Assembly (NCBI RefSeq): GCF_000008665.1
Contig: NC_000917.1
Location: 1,980,001-2,012,000, forward strand
Reading direction: 5' to 3'
From: Archaeoglobus fulgidus DSM 4304
GTDB lineage: Archaea > Halobacteriota > Archaeoglobi > Archaeoglobales > Archaeoglobaceae
DNA length: 32,000 nt
Positions 1 through 7,941 of this stretch are shown here, piece after piece. Below the pieces are notes generated by a model that was not told where the DNA came from, searched no databases, and saw nothing but the letters and a program-made list of their open reading frames with translations. The position numbers were made by a program, and so were the translations under genes. Each line of letters opens with the position of its first letter. Position 1 is the stretch's first letter.

Positions 1-91
1 CGTATTTTCAAGCCTGAGCGCGATCGCTAGATTAGGAGGGTACCTGATTTACTTAGAAAAAACAATAAACGAATTAATTGGAAAAAACTTA

Positions 92-385
92 ATGATTTAC
101 GAAAGTGAATTTGTTCCAAAATTCTTCACGGGAAGTGCTATACTAGCTTACGATTTACCAAATGTCTTGGTATTTGGATGTACATCACTTTTTGTAATAT
201 CTTTTTTGGGTTATAAAGTTCTTGTAACAATCAATACTCCAGATTTTAACTTGATTTTGAGAAGTTTCATAATTTTAATTTTAGTTATATCAACAATATT
301 ATTTTTAGTTAATTTATTTACAATATTGAGAGTTAATAAAGTAAAAGATGAAATTGTTACTTTTTGTACTAAGAAAATTAAATAA
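92..385 (+). CDS. hypothetical small membrane protein (97 aa) in strongly AT-rich DNA
   Basis: The ORF is open with an ATG start. The translation is dominated by I/L/F/V hydrophobic stretches consistent with 2-3 TM helices. The surrounding 400 nt are far more AT-rich than the rest of the window. No family was recognised. Confidence 0.3.
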   Translation: MIYESEFVPKFFTGSAILAYDLPNVLVFGCTSLFVISFLGYKVLVTINTPDFNLILRSFIILILVISTILFLVNLFTILRVNKVKDEIVTFCTKKIK

Positions 386-403
386 TAAAAAATAATAAAA
401 AAT
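381..403. terminator. tandem AATAATAAAA x2 (+AAT) between convergent gene ends; oligo-T on the minus strand right after the mutase stop
   Basis: An exact 10-nt unit occurs at 381-390 and 391-400. Read on the minus strand this gives T-runs directly downstream of the stop codon at 403-405. Archaeal termination typically uses oligo-T tracts. Confidence 0.35.
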
Positions 404-2049
404 CAGAAAATCTCGGGAGCCCTGAACTCCCCGAAAACATCTCTTAAGGCGTCAGTCATCTCACCCAGCGTTGCTCTCGCCTTCACAGCATCAAGAACGT
501 AGGGCATTAAATTCTCATCCTCTTTCTCTGCAGCCTTTCTGAGCCTGTCAAGAGCCTCCTCCACCTTCTTCGCATCTCTGTTCTTCCTGAACTCCTGCAA
601 CCTCCTTATCTGCTTCTCCACCACTGCTTTGTCAACTCTCAGTAGCTCAATCTGTATCTCCTCCTCAATCTGATACTTGTTCACTCCAACTACAGTAATC
701 TCTCCCTCGTCAATGGCCTTCTGCTTCTCGTAGGCGGACTTCTGAATCTCCCTCTGCACGTAACCGCTCTCAATCGCCTTAATCATTCCTCCCATCTCGT
801 CTATCTTCTCAATGTACTTCATTGCCTCCTCCTCTATTCTGTCCGTAAGCCATTCAATGTAGTAGCTCCCGCCCAGCGGGTCAACGACGTCAGCAACACC
901 GCTCTCTTCAGCAATAATCTGCTGCGTTCTCAGAGCAATCCTCACAGCCTTTTCAGTTGGCAGGCAGAGAGCTTCGTCAAAGCTGTTGGTGTGCAGAGAC
1001 TGACATCCGCCAAGCACCGCAGCTAAAGCCTGCAGAGCAACTCTCACAATGTTGTTTTCGGGCTGCTGTGCCGTCAGTGTACAACCAGCGGTTTGAACGT
1101 GGAAGCGAAGCATCATGGACCTCGGATTCTTCGCGTTGAACCTCTCCTTCATTATCCTCGCCCAAAGCCTTCTTGCAGCCCTGAACTTAGCAATCTCCTC
1201 AAGGAAGTTGTTTCCTGCAGCAAAGAAAAAGCTCAGCCTTGGAGCGAAGCTGTCAACATCCATGCCTCTCTCTATAACCTTCTCAACGTAGGTGATGCCG
1301 TCGGCAAGGGTAAAGGCAACCTCCTGAACGGGCGTGGCTCCAGCCTCCTCCATGTGGTAGCCTGAAATGCTAATGGAGTTCCACTTGGGCATCTCTTTTG
1401 CACAGAACATGATTATGTCAGTTGCAAGCCTCAACGACGGCTCGGGCGGGAAGATGTAGGTGCCACGGGCGATGTACTCCTTAAGCATGTCGTTCTGCAC
1501 CGTTCCCCTCAAATTCGCCCTCTCAACCCCCTGCTTTTCCGCAACGGCCACATACATGCTGAGAATCTGGGCGCAGGTGGAGTTGATGGTCATTGAGGTC
1601 GAAACTTTCCCCAACGGGATGCCGTTGAAAAGAATCTCCATGTCCTCAATGGTGTCTATGGCGACTCCAACCTTCCCGACTTCGCCAAGGGCCATTGGAT
1701 GGTCGGAGTCGTAGCCTATCTGTGTCGGCAGGTCGAAGGCAACGCTTAACCCCGTCTGTCCCTGCTCAAGCAGGTAGCGATATCTTCTGTTAGTCTCCTC
1801 GGCAGTGCCAAAGCCAGCATACTGCCTCATCGTCCAGAGCCTTCCCCTATACATTGTGGGATAGACTCCCCTCGTGAAGGGGTAAACTCCGGGATAGCCC
1901 AGCTTGTTCTCGTAATCAATCTCCACATCCTCAGGCGTGTAGAGGCGGTCAACCACTATGCCCGAGGATGTTTTGAACTCCTTCTTCCTTTCGGGGGATC
2001 TTTCGAGGAGAGGCTTTACGTACTTCTCCTCCCACTCCTTCTTGTTCAT
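403..2049 (-). CDS. mcmA: methylmalonyl-CoA mutase, large catalytic (substrate-binding TIM-barrel) subunit
   Basis: The 548-551 aa translation carries typical MCM blocks ([49 protein letters not shown]). The ATG at 2049 is preferred over the GTG at 2058, which directly abuts the upstream stop. It is the last gene of the minus-strand operon. Confidence 0.93.
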   Translation of the reverse strand: MNKKEWEEKYVKPLLERSPERKKEFKTSSGIVVDRLYTPEDVEIDYENKLGYPGVYPFTRGVYPTMYRGRLWTMRQYAGFGTAEETNRRYRYLLEQGQTGLSVAFDLPTQIGYDSDHPMALGEVGKVGVAIDTIEDMEILFNGIPLGKVSTSMTINSTCAQILSMYVAVAEKQGVERANLRGTVQNDMLKEYIARGTYIFPPEPSLRLATDIIMFCAKEMPKWNSISISGYHMEEAGATPVQEVAFTLADGITYVEKVIERGMDVDSFAPRLSFFFAAGNNFLEEIAKFRAARRLWARIMKERFNAKNPRSMMLRFHVQTAGCTLTAQQPENNIVRVALQALAAVLGGCQSLHTNSFDEALCLPTEKAVRIALRTQQIIAEESGVADVVDPLGGSYYIEWLTDRIEEEAMKYIEKIDEMGGMIKAIESGYVQREIQKSAYEKQKAIDEGEITVVGVNKYQIEEEIQIELLRVDKAVVEKQIRRLQEFRKNRDAKKVEEALDRLRKAAEKEDENLMPYVLDAVKARATLGEMTDALRDVFGEFRAPEIF

Positions 2050-2058
2050 ACAAACCAC

Positions 2059-2481
2059 CTACTTAAGGTAAACAAGCACATCACCGCTCGCAACCTTATC
2101 TCCCTCCTTAACAACAATTTCCGCAATCTCCCCGTCTTCAGGAGATGCGATGGGATTCTCCATCTTCATGGCCTCGATAATCAGCACGGTCTCCCCCGCC
2201 TTGACCTTCTCTCCAACTTTCTTGAGGATTTTGGTCACAACACCAGCCATTGGGGCGGTGATTGCCTTACCCGTGGCTTTAACCTCTGCCCTCGCCTCCT
2301 CTCTCCTCTCAGCAAACCTCCTCTCCCTGATGTCGGCCTTCTCGAACTCCTTAAACTCGAACTTCTTCTTCACCTCAATTACAGCCTTTTTTCCGTTAAC
2401 CTTAACCTCAAAAACCATGGGGGAGACTTCCTCAACCTCCACCTCGTACTTCTTTCCCTGAACTTTAACTTCATACTTCAT
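2059..2481 (-). CDS. biotin carboxyl carrier protein, decarboxylase/transcarboxylase type
   Basis: The C-terminal biotinyl domain has the EAMKMEN motif (the biotin lysine in AMKM). The N-terminus MKYEVKVQGKKYEVEVEEV resembles the MKxxVxVNGxxYxVxV start of the P. shermanii 1.3S subunit and MmdC-type carriers. Confidence 0.85.
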   Translation of the reverse strand: MKYEVKVQGKKYEVEVEEVSPMVFEVKVNGKKAVIEVKKKFEFKEFEKADIRERRFAERREEARAEVKATGKAITAPMAGVVTKILKKVGEKVKAGETVLIIEAMKMENPIASPEDGEIAEIVVKEGDKVASGDVLVYLK

Positions 2482-2603
2482 TCTCTCAACCTCGCCGCCA
2501 TCTTCCAGTTTCTTGGATATTCCCTGAGCTCAACCACTCCCTCCTTCTCTCTCAGATAGCGATTTATCGCAGCTACCGCAGCCAGAAACTCTTCAGGCGT
2601 CAT
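2478..2603 (-). CDS. small 41-aa ORF (MTPEEFLAAVAAINRYLREKEGVVELREYPRNWKMAARLRE), possible small accessory subunit of the carboxyltransferase complex
   Basis: I translated this by hand; it is absent from the ORF track because it is under 60 aa. GAGGTGG lies 7 nt upstream of its ATG and overlaps the stop of the carboxyltransferase gene. Its TGA overlaps the ATG of the biotin carrier gene (ATGA). The PEEFLAAVAAI segment resembles the EE-l-v-A-a-I-a-A-A-I motif of OadG/acyl-CoA carboxylase epsilon-type small subunits. Confidence 0.6.
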   Translation of the reverse strand: MTPEEFLAAVAAINRYLREKEGVVELREYPRNWKMAARLRE

Positions 2604-2612
2604 TTTACCACC

Positions 2613-4163
2613 TCAGAGCGGGATGTTGCCGTGCTTCTTGGGTGGGAGCTTCTCCCTTTTGCTCTCCAGAATTCTCAAAGCTGAGACGACCTTCACTCTG
2701 GTGTACTTGGGGTCTATTATATCGTCTATGTAGCCGCGAGCCGCAGCCCTGTAAGGATTGGCGAACTTCTCCCTGTACTCCCTAATCTTCTCCTCCCTCA
2801 TGGCCTTCGGGTCTTCTGCAGCTTTAATCTCCTTCCTGAAGACAATCTCCGCAGCCCCCTCAGGCCCCATGACTGCAATTTCAGCGGTTGGATAGGCATA
2901 GACAATGTCCGCCCCAAGATGCTTGCTCCCCATAGCCAGATAGGCTCCTCCGTAGGCTTTTCTCAGGATAATCGTGACAAGCGGGACTGTTGCCTCGCTG
3001 TAGGCATACAGAACCTTGGCCCCATGCCTTATTATTCCCCCATACTCCTGCTGCACTCCCGGCAGGTAGCCCGGCACATCAACAAAGGTGATTATGGGGA
3101 TGTTGAAGGCATCGCAGAACCTCACGAACCTCGCAATCTTGTCGCTGCTGTCAACATCTAAGCAGCCTGCAAAGTGCCTCGGATTGTTGGCAACGATTCC
3201 CACGCTTTTTCCATCAATCCTCGCAAATCCCACAACAGCGTTGGGGGCGTAGTATGGATGGATTTCCAGTAGCTCTCCATTGTCAACAACTGCAGTAATC
3301 ACATCCCTCACATCGTAGGGCTTCTGCGGGTCGTCAGGCAGCACATCGTAAATCTCAGGCGTTAAGCGGACAGGGTCGTCGCCTGTCTTCACAACAGGCG
3401 GGTCCTCCATGTTGTTTAACGGCAGATAGCTGAGAAGCCTTCTTACGAGCATCATCGCATCTCTATCATCCTCAGCCACAAGATGACAGTTGCCGCTCTT
3501 CATCGCATGGGCCTGCCATCCTCCCAAATCAAAGGCCGAAACTTCCTCGCCTGTTACAGTCTTAATCACCTGAGGGCCGGTGATGAACATGTAGCAGTTA
3601 GGATTCTTGGTCATGACGATGAAATCGCCAATTGCGGGGCTGTAAACAGCTCCTCCAGCACACGGCCCCATTATCACGCTTATCTGCGGAATCACACCGC
3701 TCGCCAAGGTGTTGCGGTAGAAGATGTCCCCGTAGCCTTTGAGGGCATCAACTCCCTCCTGAATCCTCGCCCCGCCGCTGTCGTTCAGCCCCACAACGGG
3801 AATGCCGAGCTTCATCGCAAAGTCCAGAATGTAGGCAATCTTGAAGCCGTGCATCTCCCCCAAGCTTCCCCCCATCACCGTGAAGTCCTGAGCAAAAACG
3901 GCAACAGGTCTGCCGTCAACAGTTCCATAGCCCGTCACAACCCCGTCAGCGGGCAAATCCATCTTGTCAAGGCCGAAGTCGGTGTTCCTCTTCTCCACAA
4001 AGGGATTGATTTCAACAAAGCTCCCCGGGTCGAGCAGAAGTTCAATTCTCTCCCTTGCCGTAAGCTTCCCTTGTTCATGCTGCCTCTCTATCCTTTCCTT
4101 GCCTCCCATCTGCCTGATTTTCTCCTTTTTGCCGTAAAGCTCCTCAACAAGCTCTTTTCTCAT
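2613..4163 (-). CDS. pccB: propionyl-CoA carboxylase beta chain / methylmalonyl-CoA decarboxylase alpha-type carboxyltransferase
   Basis: The 516 aa translation is a two-domain crotonase-like carboxyltransferase. Typical blocks are present ([45 protein letters not shown]). Confidence 0.92.
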   Translation of the reverse strand: MRKELVEELYGKKEKIRQMGGKERIERQHEQGKLTARERIELLLDPGSFVEINPFVEKRNTDFGLDKMDLPADGVVTGYGTVDGRPVAVFAQDFTVMGGSLGEMHGFKIAYILDFAMKLGIPVVGLNDSGGARIQEGVDALKGYGDIFYRNTLASGVIPQISVIMGPCAGGAVYSPAIGDFIVMTKNPNCYMFITGPQVIKTVTGEEVSAFDLGGWQAHAMKSGNCHLVAEDDRDAMMLVRRLLSYLPLNNMEDPPVVKTGDDPVRLTPEIYDVLPDDPQKPYDVRDVITAVVDNGELLEIHPYYAPNAVVGFARIDGKSVGIVANNPRHFAGCLDVDSSDKIARFVRFCDAFNIPIITFVDVPGYLPGVQQEYGGIIRHGAKVLYAYSEATVPLVTIILRKAYGGAYLAMGSKHLGADIVYAYPTAEIAVMGPEGAAEIVFRKEIKAAEDPKAMREEKIREYREKFANPYRAAARGYIDDIIDPKYTRVKVVSALRILESKREKLPPKKHGNIPL

Positions 4164-4171
4164 GCTATCCC

Positions 4172-4567
4172 TCAGCCCTCAACAAACTCCAGCAAAACAC
4201 CGTGCGTGCTTTTCGGATGGACGAAGGCAACCTTTTTCCCGCCAGCTCCAACTCTTGGCTTCTCGTCGATTAGCCTCAGTCCCGCCTCTTTGGCTTTGTT
4301 CAGCGCCTCTTCAATGTTCTCCACATTAACCGCAATGTGGTGAATCCCCTCTCCTCTCGACGAGATGAACTTGGCAATGGCGCTGTCTTCAGAAGTCGCT
4401 TCCAGAAGCTCCACCCTGCTCTCTCCAGCGGGAAGCATCGCAACTCTCACTTTCTGCTCCGCCACCTCCTCAATCTCCTCAACCCCGAATCCAAGAGCCT
4501 CGTATGTCTTAACAGCCTCTTCAAGGCTCTTTACTGCAACACCAACATGGTCAATTTTCCTTATCAA
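4172..4567 (-). CDS. mce: methylmalonyl-CoA epimerase (glyoxalase/VOC fold)
   Basis: The 131 aa translation starts with IDHVGVAV and also carries GIHHIA and [13 protein letters not shown] metal-ligand blocks typical of MCE. It sits between the mutase small subunit and the carboxyltransferase. Confidence 0.88.
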   Translation of the reverse strand: MIRKIDHVGVAVKSLEEAVKTYEALGFGVEEIEEVAEQKVRVAMLPAGESRVELLEATSEDSAIAKFISSRGEGIHHIAVNVENIEEALNKAKEAGLRLIDEKPRVGAGGKKVAFVHPKSTHGVLLEFVEG

Positions 4568-4571
4568 GCTA

Positions 4572-5006
4572 TCACCTCTTTAACTTGGGCACCTCGGCCC
4601 TGATAAAATCAATTATCTCGTTCAGCGGAGTGCCGGGCCCGAAGACCTTCGCCACACCCATCTCCTTGAGCTTTGGCACGTCCTCTTCTGGAACGATGCC
4701 CCCTACAATGACGAGTACATCCCTGTTCGGCTCCAGACCCCTCTTCCTCAGCTCTTCAATGACCATCGGCGTGAGTTCAAGGTGAGCCCCGCTCAGAATG
4801 CTCAACCCAACAACATCAGCGTCCTCCTGCAGTGCGGTTTCAGCGATTTCCTCAGGAGTTCTTCTAATGCCCGTGTATATAACCTCAAAGCCCGCATCCC
4901 TCAAAGCTCTGGCAACAACCTTTGCCCCCCTGTCATGACCATCAAGGCCGGGCTTGGCAACAATAACCCTGATTTTCCTCGTAAGCTGAGCCTCCAAAAG
5001 CCTCAC
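4572..5006 (-). CDS. methylmalonyl-CoA mutase, small B12-binding subunit
   Basis: The 144 aa translation has the cobalamin-binding signature [14 protein letters not shown] (DxHxxG), then SILSGAH and GGIIP-like blocks. It is the first gene of the operon. Confidence 0.92.
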   Translation of the reverse strand: MRLLEAQLTRKIRVIVAKPGLDGHDRGAKVVARALRDAGFEVIYTGIRRTPEEIAETALQEDADVVGLSILSGAHLELTPMVIEELRKRGLEPNRDVLVIVGGIVPEEDVPKLKEMGVAKVFGPGTPLNEIIDFIRAEVPKLKR

Positions 5007-5111
5007 CCCGTAGGGGAGTAGTTGTCATATAGGTAAAAATTTTTCGGATTAATTCCGCTAAATGCCTTCTGTGAGGTTTGAATTTTGGGCGATGAGAAGT
5101 TCATTCCAAAT

Positions 5112-5127
5112 AATTTTAAATAAGTTG
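5112..5127 (+). promoter_or_regulatory. TATA-like element (AATAATTTTAAATAAG) upstream of the truncated oxidoreductase gene
   Basis: This AT-rich TTTAAATA-type box lies about 20-30 nt upstream of the ATG at 5144, a spacing typical of archaeal short-leader or leaderless promoters. Confidence 0.35.
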
Positions 5128-5143
5128 GCTCGGTCTAACAATC

Positions 5144-5410
5144 ATGAAAAAGTATGATGCTATTGTCATAGGAACGGGCTCGGCAATGATAATCGTTCAG
5201 GGATTGCTGAGCATGAATCCGGATTCGAGAATTGCCGTTATTGACAAATACAGGCCGAGAGGAATCTGCCTCACGAGGGGATGCATTCCCTCCAAGATGG
5301 TTATCTCGGTAGCTGAGATTATTGCAGACATCGAAAAGACCAGAGAGCTTGGAGTTGATGCAGAGATAAAGAGTGTGGACTTTGGGAGGATAATGAAAAG
5401 GATGAGTTGA
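5144..5410 (+). pseudogene. N-terminal fragment (88 aa) of a class-I pyridine nucleotide-disulfide oxidoreductase (dihydrolipoamide dehydrogenase / mercuric reductase-like)
   Basis: The fragment has YDAIVIGTGSA (the FAD GxGxxG motif) and the redox-active CLTRGCIPSK (CxxxxC). Full-length family members are about 450 aa. The ORF stops after about 88 codons, where the DNA turns into accessory AT-rich sequence. Confidence 0.75.
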
Positions 5411-5610
5411 ATACATAAGGAGGTGGTTGTTTGAGGAGTGAAATTATTTTTGGGATATCACAGTTGATTTGTGGCTAATCGGAATTAATCTTGGATGGGA
5501 AAAATTTAAACTATATGTGGAGTTAGGAAGCACCCCCTGGTCTGGGGATGCCTCCACGTTCTAACTTTTGTAATTACACGTATATTTAATTTACGGATTT
5601 TCTTAGTCAG

Positions 5611-6633
5611 TCAATATTTTGTCTCATTTATGATTTCAGAGATGCTTTTGCATTCTACATCATAAAGGCTGGATATGTTTTTAGCCAAAACCTTGCCTGC
5701 ATCATCGAAATAAGCCAAAACATCTGTATCGCGAATAAATTCGTAATCCCTATCTATGTTTAGAAACTTTACTCCTCCTTCTACAAACTGAGCATATTTA
5801 AGAACGTACTCGAATTTAGGTGAGTTTTCTATCCATTCTTTTTTTATCTGTCCGGGAACGACGTAAATGACAGGTTCAGCGTAATCTAAAGCTTCTGGAA
5901 TTTTTTGAGATGAAATCGGCGTAATGTATTTAATCTTGTTGGTTCCACAATGGGTGATCGACCCTTTAATATTATATTTTTCTAATAATTTTTTCAACTC
6001 TTGAACATCCAAGCGAAAGTCTCCCTTCAGTAAGTTAATCTCTACCAAAGAAAGCACGATGTCTGATGCCGATATGAAGGGATTGCACTGGTCTCCTTTT
6101 GGAAATGTCTTGATTTTTGCTGAAATATTATTTTTAAGGATTTCCCAAGCATATGTTACTTCGCCATCAAAAGAATCCAAGTGGATTTCAATGTTATCAA
6201 AACTGATTGCTTCATCATTGAATATGGCGCTCCAAGCTGCTACGTAAGGAAAATAGCTACTCAGATGCCTAAGAAACTCTATGGTTTTCTTTTCTTGTTG
6301 CCTTTTTCTGCGGTCTTTTCTGTAATAAATCACCTTTTCAACTTTTTTAGTATTAAACGATGCAAATACAATGTGAATTCTACAGGAATCTGCAATCACG
6401 ATATTTACAAAGTTTTGAGCAACATCTTCAAAATCCTGCAAACCCAACTTGCGTTTCAACTCATAGCTTTTAAAAACGTTTCTTGGACTACTTATTTGAT
6501 AGGCCGATTTTATCTCTTCTATAAAGTTTAGATAGCGTCTTTTGAACCCTACAGGTTCTTTTATCTCTAATACTACTCCCAAACAAGCCTCAAAATTTCT
6601 GATCCTGATAAGTTTGCTGTCCGATGCCAGCAT
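5611..6633 (-). CDS. orphan hypothetical protein, 340 aa, very AT-rich gene
   Basis: This is a long uninterrupted ORF with an ATG start. Its K/I/N/Y/F-rich composition and AT-rich codon usage contrast sharply with neighbouring genes. I could recognise no family. It lies between a truncated gene and an IS element. Confidence 0.6.
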   Translation of the reverse strand: MLASDSKLIRIRNFEACLGVVLEIKEPVGFKRRYLNFIEEIKSAYQISSPRNVFKSYELKRKLGLQDFEDVAQNFVNIVIADSCRIHIVFASFNTKKVEKVIYYRKDRRKRQQEKKTIEFLRHLSSYFPYVAAWSAIFNDEAISFDNIEIHLDSFDGEVTYAWEILKNNISAKIKTFPKGDQCNPFISASDIVLSLVEINLLKGDFRLDVQELKKLLEKYNIKGSITHCGTNKIKYITPISSQKIPEALDYAEPVIYVVPGQIKKEWIENSPKFEYVLKYAQFVEGGVKFLNIDRDYEFIRDTDVLAYFDDAGKVLAKNISSLYDVECKSISEIINETKY

Positions 6634-6669
6634 AGCTCAAATTTATTCTACACATTATTTCAATATTTT

Positions 6670-6677
6670 GGTATTAT
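6670..6677. repeat. left copy of the 8-bp target-site duplication GGTATTAT
   Basis: An identical octamer occurs at 7891-7898, immediately outside the inverted-repeat-bounded element. Confidence 0.7.
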
Positions 6678-6694
6678 GGGACTTTGGGACAAAA

Positions 6695-7657
6695 TTACCT
6701 CATCACCCTCACAGCAAATATGTTGTGCCAAAGCCCGACAGCAAACAAAGCCATCTCCCTCCTGTCCTCCCTCCTCTGCCTTATCAACCATCCAAATCTC
6801 CTCTTATCAGCAGAAAAACCTGCCTCGCTCAGATTTCTCTTAAAATATCTCTTCAGAAACCTGTAAGGCATTTCAACAATCCTCTCAATAACTCTCAACC
6901 AATCAAATCCAATTCTGGAAAGATTTCGCTTTGGAATGACGTAGACAGATGTCTCAGCATCAAACATCCTTAAAGTCTTCCTTGTGCTGTAATACTTATC
7001 CAGAGAAATCGAGTTTACCTTCACTCCCATGCTTTTGAGCATCTTCATCGCCTTCTCGAAGGCATCCTTCTCAGATTTTGCAGAATAACCAAATCCAACG
7101 TACATTCCCGTTTCAAGATCGATTATCCTGAAAACGTATCGGAAATCTTTACCTTTCTTCTTCGGATTGCTTCGATAGTGCTTAGTGATGGCTAAGCTGT
7201 AACCTGTTCCATCTCCTGAAAATTCTCCTGATACTCCTTCATCCTTCAACAAAAGAATGAAGAGGTTGTGCAAGGCCATCCTTACCTCTTCATCCGAGTA
7301 CAATCTTTCTATCGTCTTGTAGCTCACCCTGATTCCAAACAAAGGCTCGAATAACTCAAGCAGCTCTTCAACATCCCTGTTCGACTTATTTATCAGTCTT
7401 GCAAACAGGAAAAGCATAACTCTCTTCTCCAGATCAACTTTCTTTGGCCTTCCTACTCTTTTCTCAATTCTGATCGCAGAAACAGCCTCTCTAACGTATT
7501 TAGGAAGTTTTCTCAGCCTTTCCTTGACAATTTCCCTCTTCCTCTCCCATTCAGCATAGGGATATTTCTCCTTCTCCTCCTGTCTTATCTCCTCAACTAT
7601 CTCATCCAGAACCTCCAGAAGTTCTCTTACCATCTTCTTCGTTATTCTCACGTTCAC
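6695..7657 (-). CDS. DDE transposase (IS4/IS5 superfamily)
   Basis: The 320 aa translation has candidate catalytic residues in SGDGTGYS, SISLDKYYS and a textbook Y-2-R-3-E-6-K signature (YFKRNLSEAGFSADK). An N-terminal HTH-like region is present. Confidence 0.88.
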   Translation of the reverse strand: MNVRITKKMVRELLEVLDEIVEEIRQEEKEKYPYAEWERKREIVKERLRKLPKYVREAVSAIRIEKRVGRPKKVDLEKRVMLFLFARLINKSNRDVEELLELFEPLFGIRVSYKTIERLYSDEEVRMALHNLFILLLKDEGVSGEFSGDGTGYSLAITKHYRSNPKKKGKDFRYVFRIIDLETGMYVGFGYSAKSEKDAFEKAMKMLKSMGVKVNSISLDKYYSTRKTLRMFDAETSVYVIPKRNLSRIGFDWLRVIERIVEMPYRFLKRYFKRNLSEAGFSADKRRFGWLIRQRREDRREMALFAVGLWHNIFAVRVMR

Positions 7658-7687
7658 AACCTGAATCCAACCACAAACTATATAAAG

Positions 7688-7701
7688 ATATCTATAGATA
7701 T
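7688..7701. promoter_or_regulatory. 14-bp perfect palindrome ATATCTATAGATAT in the divergent intergenic region inside the IS
   Basis: The sequence is self-complementary and AT-rich. It lies between the transposase start (7657) and the small ORF start (7709), so it is a plausible bidirectional TATA or operator site. Confidence 0.4.
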
Positions 7702-7708
7702 ATCAAGT

Positions 7709-7867
7709 ATGAGGAGGATTGAGATAGTCAAGGATAAGCTTTTGCTCACAGATGAGGTGGAGGTTGTGTACGAGAAGAGGGTAACTCCCTTCGGAACTTC
7801 AGCCAAGGTCAGCGTTCCAAAAAAGCATATTGGACAGAGAGCTTATGTTATAATCCTCAAAGATTGA
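7709..7867 (+). CDS. small IS-encoded protein, 52 aa (MRRIEIVKDKLLLTDEVEVVYEKRVTPFGTSAKVSVPKKHIGQRAYVIILKD), SpoVT/AbrB-like (DUF2080-type transposon-encoded protein)
   Basis: I translated this by hand; it is below the ORF-track cutoff. The G-x-S-A-K-V-x-V-P-K-K-x-x-G motif is typical of swapped-hairpin AbrB-like DNA binders encoded in archaeal IS elements. It lies inside the IS boundaries, divergent from the transposase. Confidence 0.6.
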   Translation: MRRIEIVKDKLLLTDEVEVVYEKRVTPFGTSAKVSVPKKHIGQRAYVIILKD

Positions 7868-7890
7868 TCTGAGAATTTTGTCCCAAAACC

Positions 7891-7898
7891 GGTATTAT
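7891..7898. repeat. right copy of the 8-bp target-site duplication GGTATTAT
   Basis: This is identical to 6670-6677 and directly abuts the right IS end. Confidence 0.7.
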
Positions 7899-7941
7899 AG
7901 CCCAAATCAAAAAACTGCATTCTAAAACCAAATAAGAAAAA

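Larger units (their letters stand above)
6678..7890 (-). mobile_element. complete insertion sequence, about 1213 bp, ISA1214-like (IS4/IS5-type DDE transposase plus a divergent small ORF)
   Basis: A subterminal inverted repeat has the core TTTGGGACAAAATT at 6683-6696 and its exact complement at 7874-7887. The element is flanked by the direct repeat GGTATTAT. The length matches, within 1-2 bp, the 1214-bp A. fulgidus IS class as I recall it. The transposase stop codon lies inside the left repeat. Confidence 0.85.

Noticed and set aside
3483-4343. A 286-aa plus-strand ORF overlapping the carboxyltransferase and epimerase genes.
   Set aside because: It is antisense to two confidently identified genes and crosses their intergenic gap. 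Its composition is typical of antisense frames and it has no family resemblance.
5135-5416. A 93-aa minus-strand ORF mirroring the truncated oxidoreductase fragment.
   Set aside because: The plus-strand frame contains the GxGxxG and CxxxxC motifs of a known family. The antisense frame has no recognisable features.
6542-6973. A 143-aa plus-strand ORF spanning the orphan gene start, the IS end and part of the transposase gene.
   Set aside because: It crosses the IS boundary and is antisense to the transposase. The translation is Pro/Ser/Leu-rich low-complexity sequence.
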